Below are positions 24,601 through 36,990 of a DNA stretch of 64,000 nucleotides, in pieces (the stretch's first letter is position 1; every line of letters begins with the position of its first letter). Origin of the DNA: Bugula neritina (Eukaryota > Animalia > Bryozoa); NCBI GenBank assembly GCA_964035545.1, contig OZ037769.1, forward strand, positions 5,685,929 through 5,749,928, written 5' to 3'. The position numbers and the translations under genes were made by a program. Under the pieces are notes generated by a model that worked only from the letters and a program-made list of their open reading frames with translations, had not been told where the DNA came from and made no database searches.

Positions 24601-26614
24601 CAGAATTTCCAGTGATCGTGATACCTTTGAATCAACAGGTGAGCTTTTACGTTATACACAATAGCATGTTATAGCTGCATAAGAAAAGTTCTGAGATAAA
24701 ATGTGTTATTTCTGAATGTACAAGAGGCTACAGTACAAGTAATAGAATATAACTTTTTATGTCAAAAATTTAAGCCTTGATAGTGGAAATTGTTGAAAGA
24801 TTAAATCATATGTTCTCAACCAATGTCTTGGCGTAACATAAATTAAAGAAATCACAAAATGATAGTAAAACATCTCAGTTTACAGTTACCTTTAAAAGAA
24901 AAGCTATAACATCTCAGCTACAGGTACTAAATGTGCTAAATAATTACTACCTGTAGAATTCTGCCTTTGAGACTGTTTCAGCTAGTTTGGTGTAAAGATC
25001 GGGAATTGTCTGCTTTAAAATAGCCCTAGTCTGTTCAACAAGTTCCGTCACTACAAACACAATAAAACAGGTGCAGATAAATTCATCTATCTAAGTCATT
25101 GTAAGGTAAATACTATCACAACATATTTCATGGACACTAACAATTTCAATACCATGTTCTCCTATTACTAAACTCCAATATTTTATTCGCCTGTGCAACA
25201 TTACCATGTCCCTCTGACACACAAGCCTGACTCAAAAACACACTTTAATACAGTTTACGAAATATCTTTCAGTTAAAACAGATAAAATTAATTTCACAAT
25301 AATGTTTGGCAGGAAAAATACTGCACCTTTGCTGAGGCCTCCAGGTTTATGGATACTTTGCAGAGTTGTGATCATCTGTCTTACAGTTTGATCTAGTTCT
25401 TTTACCACAACTCTAATATCCTACAAATATCCTGTTATACAGTACTAATTAAACAATAAAACCATATATTGCACATATTAAAATCACACATAAAATTGAC
25501 TGGAATGCATATTATATCTTTTAAGATTGGCCTTTAATTGAAAGCATTAGGAAACGTAAAAGACGGAAAAATTAAATTAAAAAAAGAGTTCTTTAAAAGC
25601 TACATATTATTCTTTATTAAAATGGTGAAAATAAAACTATGCACAATATCAGATTGGCAAGATCGTAACTTTTTTGTTACAAACTACTTGCGCATCAGTG
25701 CAAGATATTTAACTTAGTCTCAAGACAAATAAACTGGAAAAATAGGACACAATAAAATTCAAAACAAGCTAAAGCTATTTGATGGAGATGAAAATATTAT
25801 AGCCTATGTTATAGAATGATGCAGTTCAATTTATTTATGGCAGATCTTATTTACTTTATGCAAGAAGCAAAATGAATATTTAGCAGTTGTGCTATCTTAA
25901 GAAAACAGGCAGGACAACTCTCAAATTAAAAAATGATGTTCAAGCAAATTGATTTTCACACTTATATTGTGACAATGTTGGACTAGTTATGAACAAATCC
26001 AAAATACTAGTATCCATTTTATTAAGCTTCAAAAGCAAACAAGAAGGGAAAATATAAATAAACCTACAGGCTAAACTGGCAAATGCCATATCTATATTCA
26101 TTGATTAAATAAATTAAAAATTATAATAATCACAATCGCAAAAATTATTATTGATAAAGATTTATTCAGCATTCACTATCATTATGATTATATCTATTCA
26201 CTATCATAATATTTATTATAAATATCAAATCAACTTTGTTGCAAATTGATTGATGTATATGATATAATCGATAATTTATTAATTTTATACTAATAGTAAT
26301 AGCAATAAAATAGTTACAATATAATTACAATTACATCAACATCTAATTGATTGTATAATTTCACCAACATGCTTTTCAACTAATATTATTATGACCAATA
26401 ATTATAATTATAATCAATAAAATAATTATTCACTGATTTATAATCATGATAATAAATATAAGTCCTTGAACTAAAATATTATTATTATAATTACTACTAA
26501 AGAAATTATAAATTTTACCTCCCTTTTTTCTTGTTCAAGCTCTAAATCTTTTTGAAAACTTCCAAATATAGCTGTAATTGTATCACCATCACATCCAAGA
26601 TTATCTGCAGCCAT
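21688..26614 (-). CDS. TSN: Translin (C3PO subunit), 248 aa; exons 26519..26614, 25327..25420, 24951..25050, 24426..24624, 23321..23488, 21688..21777
   Basis: Translation contains EQEKREDIRVVVKELDQT, FYRYHDHWKF, DLEDYLHGLVSLSNELSRLAVNSVTAADY, DSGFRLLNLKNDSLRKRFDSMKYDMKKVEEVVYDISIRG, matching translin signature segments. Confidence 0.97.
22899..23269. mobile_element. Non-autonomous DNA transposon (PIF/Harbinger-like TIRs) in the last translin intron
   Basis: TIRs GGCCCGGCCACACAC / GTGTGTGGCCAGGCC and a CpG-richer interior. TSD not clear. Confidence 0.7.
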
Positions 26615-27545
26615 AACTCCAGGGAGTATATCGTAGCTTATAAATATTAATAATAATATAATAAATATTACATAATAAATTTATATACACAGATTCAATT
26701 CCAATGCCAGTGAATGCGTTGTAGTTGTACAAGTAATAGTACTAGACTCAGCAACAATTTGATTCTTAGTACAAAGTATAAAAATATTAATAGCAATACT
26801 AATAGTAATATTGATAGTAATACTAAATAAATATAAGACTAAAAAATATAATAGGCTAAAATTAAATATTGCCGACGGGTAGAGACGTTCAACTTTGAAC
26901 TAATTCTAATAAAGAAAAACCGGTTAAAATTTTTTTAGCCAAATTCAAATTGGAATGACAAATTGAAATACAATCTCAATCTGAATCTGAATCTGTGACT
27001 GTCAGCGTGAGATAAGACTTAAGAGTTTGCAATCATTATCAACACTTATATAAATAATACTTATTATGTTACAACTATTACAAGCAACAATTGTGTAATA
27101 ATAGTAATTTAATTAAAACCCATACTCTTTGTGATTGTAAATCACTTTATGCGTTACTATTACTATAACTATTAGTATTAGTATTACTATTGGTATTGGT
27201 ATAAAATAAAATCTAGAAATAGTTGGGAATAATAAATGTGTTAGAGGTCATTTATAGGTGAAACCCAGTCCAGGCCTTTTTGCTGAAATGATACGATGCT
27301 AACTTTTATTATTTGTTGATTAGTAATTTTGCAGAAGCCCAGGCTAGTATTGTTTTGAAATGTTAAGCAACAGTGAGTCCGCCCTCAGCATACGTGACCT
27401 TTAAAGCCACGCCCATAGAGTTGTCTAGTTGAACAGTTGCCGAGGTGCGAGTTCAACATCAACTCCATTTTATTTGCTACAAGGTGATTATGTAGTTTAA
27501 AATCAAGCTAAAGATTTGGATTACAGGCTGCCGTCTAATGAGAAA
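26615..27545. promoter_or_regulatory. Bidirectional promoter region between TSN and SLC39A13
   Basis: Divergent start codons ~930 bp apart. GC-box/KLF-like TCCGCCC and GCCACGCCC and a TACGTGAC motif lie at ~27378-27414. Confidence 0.6.
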
Positions 27546-30500
27546 ATGTATTCTCAGGTATTGGTAATTATTATACCTTTAATCTTAGTGGTTTTCGGTT
27601 CTCTATGTTTTCAAGTGAATGGAGACTTCCCACAACTTCACCGTGCTCTCCCTGGTGCCAATGGAAAACCTGGTTATAGGTTGACCTCTTCACATGCACT
27701 TGCAGATAATGTTGACACAAGAGATAACGGTGTGTATAAATTTAGCGACACTAGGCAGAAGCGAGCACAATCCGAGTCTGGCAGTGGCAGCGTCTTGACG
27801 AATATGGATTGGACTTGGCTACAGGCTGCTATTTGGAGCGGAGCCTCCTGTGCTTTAGTTGGGCTGACTGGTATAGTGCCCCTTGCACTTCCTATTGAAG
27901 TTGGCCCAAGCTTGAAGAATGGTGGTAAGTTGTTTAAGTTAAATATGGTCATAATTTTAATTTAAATTATTTAATCACAATCTCAAAATCTTTGCTCCAC
28001 CTTGGACGTTTAGTTGAAGTTCCAAAATTCAAATTGATTATTTTTATTTACCTGTTTTTCCGTAAAATAAACATATATTGAAGAAGCAGTTGAATATTGT
28101 AAGCAGTAGTCTACGGATTTTATGAACATGGTGATGCTGTCCTTTTGGCCTTGTCAGGGCGCCAGGTCACAGCAGCTGTCCATAATATTATTGATAATGA
28201 TAAACACCGGTGCTTTGGCTTTCATAGCATAGCTATAACTTGTAGTCGTAAGCCTATAACTATAAGAGTGATTAGCTGAGAGTCATGCCTTGAACTAATT
28301 TCAAGCGTGGTTCAGTTTGAATTGATTTGTAAGTCTGTAATGCAAGTAAACTTTTAATGGTAGTTACAAATTAAATAAAAAATAGGTTGCTCTAATCCTA
28401 TGATTCTATGATTTAGCTACTATGACTTAGCAACTGTATACCAGTGAAATTAAAGGCAACTTCAGTCATTGAATCTACCTAATTACACTTCATTAAGCTG
28501 GCTCATTACCTCAAATTTTAACCATTTCTATTAAACCCACTATTGAATCATTAAGAGTTAATTTAGATAAAGATCAAAATTTTAAGCTTTTCTATGAAAG
28601 TTGAAATAAGTGCTTTTAAATTTTTTGTGACCAAATTTAATAGATTTGCAGCAAAACTCTTAATTTCGTTTAGTTTTGCAGGTGAACTGTAGTCTAAAAA
28701 TTTCCAATACTTAAGTTAGCAAATACACATATTATGGTTACTTCCAACCAGACTGAGTTATGCAATGTTTAGCGTACATACTGATTATGTAGGTATTTTC
28801 AATTTTAATAATAAGCTGCTACGTACATGTATATGTAGTTGCAACTCTAACATAACTGCAACTGTTTCATTTTCTAGCTGGTGCAACCTGGCTCAACCGG
28901 ATGCTTAGTTTTGCAGTTGGCAGTTTACTTGGAGATGTGTTTTTGCATTTGATCCCTGAAGCGTGGGCTACTGTTGGTTCAGGTTAGATTGTAAATAAAG
29001 TATAAATCAGCTAACTAAGTTTAGCATTGTTATTTCACACTAACTATATTATATACTGTTTATAAAACTGTAAGCCTTGCTAGCTTTAGTGTTGCGGAGA
29101 TCATCATTTTCAAATAATGTTTTATTAAAGCTATGAATTCGCTTATAGTTATCAATTTGACTGATGCAGTAAGATCCAGGTGTGAAAAATTAAAATTATT
29201 ATTTGTAAGACTTTGCATAAAAACAACAACTATTGTAAAGGGATGCCTCCTTAAATCTTCGGTAAATGAGTCATTTTTCTGAAAACTTTTAGTACTGTTA
29301 ACAAGGTCTGGCATTTAGAATTATTCTGTATTTAGCTGAGAATCCTGGCCGAGCTCATATAGTCATAGGACTTTGGGTCATCACCGGGTTACTGGGTTTC
29401 ATGATGCTCGAGAAGTTCTTGGGTGAGACTGAAGAGGAAGAGGAAGAAGAAAAAGAGGTGACAGAAAACGGGGAAGGAAATGGAATGCTGGAAAACAGCT
29501 CTAAGAAGGTTGGGGTTTGCTACTTTGGTATATTATATGCGGTATACTATAGATTATATACAGTATATTATATATAATATACAGTCGACTGTATATTATA
29601 TATACAATATACTGTATATAATCTATAGTATACTGTATATAATATACAGTATACTGTATATTATATATAATATATAGTATACTTGTATGTAGTATACAGT
29701 ATACTTGTATATTATATACAGTATACTTGTATATATTATATACAGTATATTGTATATATAATATACAGTCGACTGTATATTATATATAATATATAATATA
29801 CTTGTATATAATATATAGTATACTTGTATATAATATATAGTATACTGTATATAATATATACAGTATACTGTATATAATGTATACTGAGACTTGCAGGTTT
29901 GAGTCTCCTCAGTTTGATAACTAGTAGTACTTATCACTTCCTCTTGTTAACTTCCTGTCTATCGTAGGTTCATTGAACTCTCTAGCTTATGAGTGTTCCA
30001 AAATATTTCAATGCCAAAGTCTATAGAACTATATAACACTATAACTGTATAATATATAACAATAATGAGCTGGAGTTATTAGTAGTGGGCATGATACCTA
30101 CCAGCTGGTTCCACTGTGTTCATCATGGATTATCTGCCCCTCATTTCCACAACTCATTCTAATCCAGAGATTATTCTTCTTAACATTGGATTATCACTGA
30201 TACAATGTGAAACTGAAAATTGCTAGTTTGTCTTTAACTCTAAAACAGTTCCTACATTAGATAAAGCAGGTATTAAATTTTCTGTAGTAATTACTCCAGT
30301 ATCTTGTTTATTCCTAGTTGTTCAAAGGCTTCAAGTAGTGCATTGCATTGCTAGTTATTTTACGAATCTCAGAGACATAATTAGTACAGCTTGTGACTGT
30401 AACAGCAGTAAACTTGAGGTTTCCCTCTTTCTAATTATCTTAACATGCTGAACCTTCTAGTCATCTAGTGCATTCATTCTATGGTTTAGAAAGAATAGTT

Positions 30501-33500
30501 TTCATAGGACACAACTGCCTGCCTACTACCTATAATTGAGATTTCTAAAGTACATGCTAGTCCTTTAAGACGTCTTTATTATCAACCAGTCTTTTTGTTG
30601 TAATACAATAGCAGCTTATTTTCACCCTATTATCAAATATTTTCTCTGGTCTTACAAATTACCTCACATTGTTGTTATAATAGCAAATAGCCCCACCAGT
30701 GTTTTGGTTACACTGAAGCAGGGAAGTGAGCCAAACCAAATTCATGTTTTCCTATTACTTTTGATGCACAAATCTAAATATATATTTATTTTTCTGAAAA
30801 TGTTCGTCGCACCACTTGCAAAGTGCATCCTGGTTTAAGAACTTGATTGAGAGCTGTGTTTTCCCTGAGTAATAGTTAGATGGACAGTGTATTTCTTGCT
30901 TGGACTGTGCGTTGGACTGTGGGCAATAACAAGTGTGATAAGAAATACTAAGATTACCAACACCGAGTGTAGAGATGACACTTTTGCTATCTCATACTAT
31001 GGAATATGGGCCCGGCTTTGCGTTCAGCCGGGCTAAACTTAAATAACAACCACATTGACTGAACCAACTAATTTATTTAATCTCTGCAGAATTGTAGCAT
31101 CTGTAATATATTTGTAAACTTATTTCAACGTTTGTAACATATTTTCTAAATGTTATTTAACCCATATTTATAGACTTTAAGTCAAGATGGAGAGAATAAT
31201 CTGAGGTATCGTGGTGAGGCCAACGGTCATGTTCCAGACGGTCATGTTGCAGGCGGTCATGGCCAATCAGAAGATGTTGTTCCAGCCAGTCCAGTGAAGG
31301 AGAGTAATAAAATACATGTAAGTTGCATAATACAGTTTAGAATGGTTGAGATTTATTTATTCACCAATTTCAGGAATACTATTCAACAAGCAAACGACCC
31401 TTCTGATAGTTTTCAAAGATCTTACCAAGTATTCCCCTTTTTGCTAATCAGTTGCAAATTGGTCTTCATAACTTAGAAAGGGTTAGCAGGGTTTAGTTTT
31501 GAACTTTGGTCTGTGGTAGATGTTTGGTTCTTATATATCTATTGAGGGTTAATGTCTAGTAGTTAGAACTTGCTATACAAGATGGACAGTTACAGACTTT
31601 CTCAATATAAAAGGTAAAAGTGGAAGCCTATTAATCAGGTTATGGTAGTTAGTGCCACATGGCACGTACCATATACCTGCATTACACACTCCAGTAGTTT
31701 GTGTATCTCTAGTAATAGTAATGTTAAGATACTATGGTGTATAGTATATGATAGCTGGTGCATGTGGTAATAATATATCTCTACCATAATGGCTTTAGAA
31801 ATCTTTTAAGTTCAGATTAGGGTCTCGTATTTCCAATAAATAACTTTTGTATAAGTGTTATTATAGATATTGGAGTAACTCTTCAATTTTCAGTTTCAGA
31901 AGTCAATGTACTAGAACCTAGATGTGCACTGATGGTTGTTTGATAGTTGATACTTGTAGCTCTCTCCCCCCCCCCCTTCTCTCTCCCTCCCTCTCCCTCC
32001 CTTTCCCCCCTTTCTCCCTCACTCTCTCCCTCACTCTCTCTCCCCCTCTCCTCCCCCTCTCTCTTTTTCTCTCCCTCTCTCACTTTACTAACAAATACTA
32101 GTAACACAATAGCCTACTACGTGTATCAAGTCATATATTGGAAGAGCTCAAGACTAAAACAATTTACTATACAGTTAATAGTTTTACAGATTCCCTAAGT
32201 TAATTGCTAGCACATTACATCAACACCTGTTGGTTTACACCTACTCTGTATGTAGTAATATGATACCAGTTGCTATGCTATTTCCTCTATTCTACACTAT
32301 TGTTGACCCTTTTTATCCTAAACACATGATGCATTATTTCTTGTGCCTATTGAAGTACATGTAATCTGTATTGTTTTGTGATGCTGTATTGTGTATATAC
32401 GTGAAAGACATTTAATGTCTAAATATCCCATATCACAGCCTGTGTTCCTTGATTTAGTTACTGCATCTAGCTGAATCCTCTGTCAACTATTCATTGTAGA
32501 TATCAGGCTATCTGAACCTCCTAGCCAACTTTACAGACAACTTCACACACGGCCTGGCTGTAGGTGGAAGTTACCTTGTCAGCCAAAAGGTAGGCATTAA
32601 ATATTTACCTGTCTAACCTGTGACCAACAGTTTTAGATATGTAAGTGAAAGTTCAAATAAATATTACATCGTACAGGTTGTCTTTGCGATCATTTGGTGA
32701 TAACTGAAATAACGAGATAGTTTATCTGATAAGTGATTTACTCTGGGGTTGCAACTGCCACCAATATACACACACTTGACTCCCGTATGACAACGTTACT
32801 ATTAGGGTAATGCTATTCAATGTAAACACCTCAGTACAATGTCCATAGGTTAGAATTCTGCACGTGTCCTTCTTACAGCTACCTTTACCTGCACATTTAG
32901 GAGCAGTGGTGGCGAAATTGAAATAGCCTAAGTGCTTTCAATTTCTTTATAAATTTTGGTCAAAATTCTTGCGAAAACGTAACTTCTTTTGCTACATTTC
33001 TAATCTAGAACACAGGCTTTTCTTAATTTCTCCATTACTGCACCTACCTCTACCTACAGTAGTATAATTTGTCTTTTTTCCTAGTCACCCAACTTTCTCT
33101 CCACCGTACAGGCTTCCTATTATACAAGATTATTCTGCTTGGATATCATTATATATGTTTGTATGCCATTTTATAGAGTATTGGAGTTGGTATTTATCAT
33201 TTAGGGCTGTTTCGGTGGTTAAAAGTATCTATTTTGTTAGTTTGCTGGTTAAGTAGCTCAACTGCATGCTGCCAGTCTCAAGGAAGTTGGCAGCACTTAG
33301 TTTCTTGGCTGGTTGCAATGTTTCGACACTGTTTTGTTATTTTCTTTGCTTATAAAATTCTCAGTTCTTTCAAAGAAGGAAAAAAAGTGATTTTTTTTCC
33401 CCCATTTCCTTCTTTTCTCTCTTGTTATCTCATTTATTTAGTAATCAAGTGACAATCCTTCAAATGTGTGGGTGAAGAACAATAACAATTGCTACAATAA

Positions 33501-35329
33501 ATCAGCATTGTTTATTTGCTGTCAATCTTATGCCAACTGACAGCAATTCCAGCAGGAGATCAAATTCTAACTTGGTCAAACCCAACTCAATTATTGGCAT
33601 GCTAATTATATGCAGTGATATATCTGAAGATATGTTACTAGGGCTTCATAACTAGTCACCTCAAACTCTTTAGTACTCTGAATAATGAGATTTCAACATC
33701 TATTAATATACTGCGCCTGACACGTGTTGATACATCGCCATAGAAACCATTATGGCACTACAGGTTGTGGCATATAATGTATATGCTGGTTTTTGTAATG
33801 CACATGTGTGATTGTTAATTTATCTTGAATCTCACAATTATTTCATGGGTGTTGAATTTGAATAGCGGTCCTATAATTGTACTGTTGATTGACAGGTGGG
33901 CGTGTGTACGACGTTGGCCATACTCTTACATGAAATCCCTCATGAAGTCGGAGACTTTGCCATCTTGTTAAGAGCTGGATTTGACAGGTGGAAGGCTGCG
34001 AGATGGCAGGTAAATGACTTTCTAGTGACAGTCTTTGGTAGCTTTGATCTCAGCAAGAAATTAGTATCCAGTTCACCTTAGCATCCAGTTTATCCGAGTC
34101 TTAGGTATATCCCCCTAAACACACTTTGCCGCGCCGTAGGCCGTAACGTAAAATAGTAGCCAGTTTTACAAATTTCCGAGCTTCCTGTCCGGCATTAAGA
34201 TCAAGCACTGCTTGATTTAAAGAAGTTTCGGTGCCTTCTATTGGACAGGAAGGCGTTTGCATTAATTCATTGGATATAAATGTCCAATGAGGTGTCATAG
34301 ATTGTACCCAATAGCGCACTTGAAGAACTTCAGCTTGGGCACATTAAAAATGGCTGATATTTTACGTTATGGCCTACGGCGCAGTAAAGTGTGTCTAAGG
34401 GGTTAAAGGTGAGAAGCAGCAATAAGGAAAGGAGTTGACAATGAAAATAGGGGGGGGGGGAGTGCGAAAGTGACGGGGAGTATGAAAAATATTATTGATA
34501 GTTGGAGTTGTCTGAAAACAGATAAAATATAAAATATATTTCATAGCCGTAAAATACTCTTGCAGAATTCATAGCCCTATGTCTGGGGTACAAAAGTACA
34601 ATATCATAGTTTACTGTGTCAGCATATTATGCAATGCTACTTGAAATTTATCTTGTAATTTATATTATATATTTCAGGTGCTGACAGCTTTAGGAGTGTT
34701 TGTTGGAAACTTCACTGCTGTCCTTGCCTCGTCACCCACCGACGTTGGTGACCGGACGGCGGCCATATTGCCATTCACAGCCGGTGGCTTTTTATATATA
34801 GCACTAGTGAACATTGCTCCAGATCTATTGAAAAAAGAGTCATTGAAGTGAGTGAGGCTTAACTCTACACCCTGTAATACACTTTGCTATATACACTGTA
34901 GTATTATGGGATATATTACTATAAGCATAATAGGCTGTGTTTCCACTATTAATGCTCTACAGTACCTGTTAAATATCGCCACTAAACCCTCAACTATTAA
35001 AACTCCGTTGTCTTTGCTTAATTAAGTTGACCTCTATAATTTCAGATGTTTAAACGATTTTTTATCTTATGCACATGTCAGTAAGCAAAATGTTGATATT
35101 CAGCCCCATTTCTTTGTAATAGACTGTGAATAAAATGAATATATAAAAATGTCAATGTCACATTTTACATGTAGCTTTGGGAAGAGTATGATTTCAGTGT
35201 GAAGTAGCTGTGCAGGGACAAGGAGAAGCTAACTCCTATTCTGTTTGTTGTAGGGAATCCCTGGCACAGATATTCTGTCTCCTAACCGGAGTTGCATCTA
35301 TGCTGGTGGTGACAGTTGTGTTTGATTAG
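27546..35329 (+). CDS. SLC39A13: LIV-1 family zinc transporter ZIP13, ~416 aa; join(27546..27924,28878..28982,29336..29508,31174..31317,32500..32589,33896..34009,34678..34847,35254..35329)
   Basis: [85 protein letters not shown]. It lacks the His-rich N-terminus of ZIP7, which favours ZIP13. Confidence 0.92.
29530..29885. repeat. AT-rich low-complexity, quasi-palindromic repeat (TATACAGTATA/TATACTGTATA)
   Basis: Starts right after the ZIP13 exon 3 donor and produces spurious Y/I-rich ORFs. Confidence 0.9.
31960..32082. repeat. C/T-rich polypyrimidine tract
   Basis: About 120 nt of almost only C and T. Confidence 0.9.
32893..33051. mobile_element. Short MITE-like repeat, copy 2 (family of 19484-19646)
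   Basis: Shares the start CATTTAGGAGC and the end AGGCTTTTCTTAATTTCTCCATTACTGCACCTACCTCT. Confidence 0.7.
34111..34402. mobile_element. piggyBac-like MITE
   Basis: ~45-50 bp TIRs CCCCTAAACACACTTTGCCGCGCCGTAGGCCGTAACGTAAAAT / ATTTTACGTTATGGCCTACGGCGCAGTAAAGTGTGTCTAAGGGG, with TTAA on the right flank. The left TSD is degenerate. Confidence 0.8.
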
Positions 35330-35384
35330 CCAATAGGAACATTAGTCATTACCTCTACAATCTGCCCAGTGCTTCACCAGTACA

Positions 35385-35545
35385 ATATGATACCTCCTAA
35401 TATAGTATACTGTTACCTGGTGTAATATAATACCTTGTAATATAATACGCTTTTACTTGACATAATATAATACCTCCTAATATAGTATACTGTTACCTGG
35501 TGTAATATAATACCTTGTAATATAATACGCTTTTACTTGGTATAA
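35385..35545. repeat. 80-bp direct duplication just downstream of the ZIP13 stop (3'UTR)
   Basis: TACCTCCTAATATAGTATACTGTTACC...CGCTTTTACTTG occurs at 35391 and 35471. Confidence 0.9.
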
Positions 35546-36745
35546 TAGTGTCTGAAGGTACAGATTTTGTCGGCCACATTGTTGATAGCAGCAGATGCAA
35601 TACACTGTTTAATTCCTTCCCCACTAGCCTGTAGTTTTGAGATCAGCTAAGGCTTGTACTACTGTTCACCTTGTTAGCTTGTCTTAATGTAGGAGTTACA
35701 TAACATTTATTCCTTCCTTTGAAGACAATACTTACTTACTTATTCACTTAATATTTAATTCTTAAATTATTAAAAGTTTTGCTAATATTAGGAAATTCTG
35801 AAGAATCAGTTCTGTTTCCGTCTATTTAGCTTTTCTGTCAATTCAATGGTACAATACTTATGCAAGCCATCCGTATGCTTTATAATGTCATCTTCCCAAT
35901 CTATCACTCCACTATACTTCAATATAATATATATATATATATATATATAATATAGTTTTATCATCTATTCATAAAAAGCTGTGCAGTTATTATTATTATT
36001 ATATATCTGAAGCTGCTTTATACTATTCTAGGATTTTGTTTCAAAGTTTTTTAAAATTCAAAATTGAATTTTTTCTAATCTTGAGAAATAGAGTTGTTAT
36101 ATATCACACTGTATTTTATTACTATAATGTTATGTAGGTGCTATTACATGTCTATGACAGAAACAGTGCTGGACGTTGTTTTTGTTTTTTCGTATTATTC
36201 TGATAAGTTTATGTATATGTTGGAGCATGCTTATATATTTTTGTATGTGTTGAATTTTATTACAATAAAATATGTAAAGCCTAACAGAATATATTCTGGT
36301 ATTCCCTAGTCTTTTATCTGGTATAAAAGTCATCTTGGAAATGTTTTGCTGGATTTTGTAATCCATAAGTAGACTACTTAATCTTTGAACAACTTACATG
36401 CTGTAAAGTTGATACACTTGAGCTGTACTTTAAAGCATTGCAATGTAACAAATTATGGCAACGGAAATGAAATAAAATGTTCATCAGAACTTGCTAGAAC
36501 AAATAAGGTCCTCGTTTCCTACAGTTAAATTGAATATACAAAATGTATACAGGGGTTCTTACGCATCCACTCCTACACCACTGCTTAATTACGTAGTAGG
36601 TCAGGTTTTGAGTTTTATAGTGGTTGAATTTTAAACACTTGACTGCCTTGCATGTTTCAGTCAAACATTACATCCCCATGCTTGGTTATTTGAATGGATT
36701 TGTCATTTCATTCATGGGATAGCTGAAACCACATCAATAGGAATT

Positions 36746-36874
36746 GGGGAGTTTGAATGCCCATATTATGTTAAAGTGAGGAGATGCCGTGGACTGAAGA
36801 TCACACCAGAGGGCTACGTGGTCACCCTTGCTAAGAACAACCACCACGTTCTAGTCCTCAACACACCTTACATT
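36746..36874 (+). pseudogene. Isolated fragment resembling the C-terminal NHL repeat of Mei-P26/NHL-2 (TRIM-NHL)
   Basis: Translates [43 protein letters not shown]. From memory this closely resembles the Mei-P26-type C-terminus ([40 protein letters not shown]). No other exons are seen. Confidence 0.7.
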
Positions 36875-36919
36875 AGTCGAACACCTACAAACTACTATTT
36901 CTGTAAAGTTAACCTAGCT

Positions 36920-36990
36920 GCCCCTGTGGTGTAATTGGTTAGCCGCCTGCTTGCAAGCCGGAGGTGGGGGGGGGGCAAAATTTTTACAGT
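36920..36990 (+). mobile_element. Truncated tRNA-derived SINE (family B), T-arm deleted
   Basis: GCCCCTGTGGTGTAATTGGTTAGCCGCCTGCTTGCAAGCCGGAGGT then a G-run. Matches 10836-10907. Confidence 0.7.

Noticed and set aside
29480-29937. Tyr/Ile-rich ORFs
   Set aside because: Translation of an AT-rich low-complexity repeat.
31883-32198. Glu/Gly/Arg-rich and Ser/Pro/Leu-rich ORFs
   Set aside because: Translation of the CT tract within a ZIP13 intron.
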